In this document: positions 62,333-64,000 of the stretch, piece by piece
Layout: each line of letters begins with the position of its first letter
Position numbering within the stretch: the stretch's first letter is position 1
From: Hypanus sabinus
Taxonomy: Eukaryota
Assembly: GCF_030144855.1 (NCBI RefSeq)
Contig: NC_082718.1
Coordinates: forward strand, 95,790,001-95,854,000
Length of the DNA stretch: 64,000 nt
Direction: 5' to 3'
Notes under the pieces: model-generated
Told to the model about the DNA's origin: nothing
Seen by the model: the letters and a program-made list of their open reading frames with translations, nothing else
The model's database searches: none
Position numbers and translations under genes: made by a program

Positions 62333-64000
62333 TAATTATTGAACCTGCCTCAATTATCCACATCACACTACCCTCCAGCACAGGCATCAAGTTTCATTGC
62401 AGCAGTTTCAACTAGATCACTTTCCAATAGTTTTACATTGAACTTGATGTTTGATCCATTTCAGATGATTAAAAAAAATTTAACCCTTCACTTGTATATT
62501 CACACCCCTCCCCCACCCCCTCAAGATGTAAATGTCATCCTTTTCTGGCAGATGATCTCTTGTGCTTCTCCAGACCTCGTTTCTTTTCTTTCTTTCACCA
62601 ACACAGATATTTTATTTGACATTTTTGATGGAAGATAATTTTCCTGACAAGTAAACTTCAGAAATAAACAAATTTTGGAAAGAAATTATTGTCCAGAATG
62701 TAATATTTATGTAAAACTTATCTTGCCACAGGAATGCCAAGTGATCAGATTCATTCCAACGGCCAAGTGAAAACATCTTCAAACAGTTACAAGACTGAGC
62801 AATGCACCGAATACCTTAATTATAGCAGCTAGGAATTCAAGACAAAAATCTTAATCTGAACAGTTTCTGATGGAAGTGGAAAGGCAATAAAATGTTTATT
62901 CACCCAAATATACATTATATATGGCTGGGAATAGTGAAAACAAAAACTGGATAAATACTGGAAGGAGCAAAACTCTGTACAAGAACAAAGATAGTGAAAA
63001 AGGATAGAGTGCTTTCCTGGCATATATGACAAATAAACCCAGCAGGGTACAGTATTGATTTTAACTGATGTTTATAAAGATAGTCTCAATGGATCTCCAT
63101 TTACTTGAAATGATTGTAATCTGAAATGTTGTTACACAGTGAACAAAGCATTTCAATTGGAAAGGTACCAAACAGGGATTTTTAATATTTTAATTTCTAC
63201 ACCTCTCCTTTCCCAACAAAAACGTAAAAGAACAAGAAATGTGTGACTAAAGATTGTCCAGTTAAATTGCTTAAAGAGTCCAACTAATACACAAAATTTA
63301 AGTTCACTCTGCTAAATGCATGACAGATTTCAAACTACTGAAGATATCCATTTATGTTCAAATACATTATTCATTTAGCAGACAGTACACTGAACAATTG
63401 TGTTGATATGAAAATTAAAGTGACCCCCCTCTTTAGTCAACATAATGAATATGCAATAATAGGTCATTCAAATTTAAGATAAAACACAATATATGAAAAT
63501 GACAAATTTATTTAGATTTAAATAAATCATTCTGAGGCTACAGAAGAGTATATGCCATGAAAGCTTACAAACAGGTAAGCACTACAGTTTCCACACTCAG
63601 CTTTGTGGCATCAATTCTTAAAAGCAATTAAAGTCTGGCTTTAAGTGCTACTTTAAAAATTCCACTTGAGTGCACAATCACAAAAGGATAACAGTCACTT
63701 AAACAAAGATTGGGGGGAGGGGTAAATGACCAGACTGTTCAAAACATGTTTAGCAGCATTTTAACTTTAGTTCCAAACCCCAAAACGATGTTACTGTGTG
63801 TACTTGACACACTTCAACTTCTGTGAAATCAAGCACCAGGATGAGGTGGATTCTGAATTTCAAGTTCAATAAAAAAAAATTTACAGACTGTAAAATGGAA
63901 TTATATTAAGCAACTAATGTACTGATAAAGTGCAGTTTCTTACATCAGCTTTTTATTGAACCAGTTGGTAATGTGAACTGTGTGGTTAGTTTTGTTACTA

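Noticed and set aside
1-64000. CRISPR arrays, operons, rRNA or prokaryotic defence systems
   Set aside because: The window is eukaryotic intron-exon DNA; no regularly spaced repeat-spacer array or rRNA-like sequence was seen.

Overview
Vertebrate genomic DNA, not prokaryotic. The repeat content (CR1/HER1-type LINEs, V-SINEs, Penelope pLTRs, Rex1-type LINEs) points to a cartilaginous fish, probably a ray (inference). The window holds three complete spliced genes in the same arrangement as human 12q23-24. ISCU is on the minus strand (5 coding exons, 5671-1834, 153 aa) and sits head-to-head with SART3 on the plus strand (19 exons, 10949-50955, 916 aa). SART3 is tail-to-tail with FICD/HYPE on the minus strand (2 coding exons, 61005-53142, 439 aa). 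All exons were traced by hand, with GT-AG boundaries and consistent phases. Introns and intergenic DNA are full of transposons: CR1, Rex1/Babar, L1/Tx1, RTE, Penelope, Tc1, hAT MITEs, SINEs and a solo LTR. There is one 200-N assembly gap. Most notable observations: (1) a family of Penelope pLTR repeats carrying minimal type-I hammerhead ribozyme cores, often as inverted pairs; (2) a TSD-bounded Penelope insertion between ISCU and SART3 that contains an inverted copy of about 375 bp of its own downstream flank; (3) a twin-primed L1 with an 18-bp TSD; (4) a regularly spaced array of five CCAAT boxes at FICD and two full CRE sites at ISCU. I found no convincing new protein-coding system.
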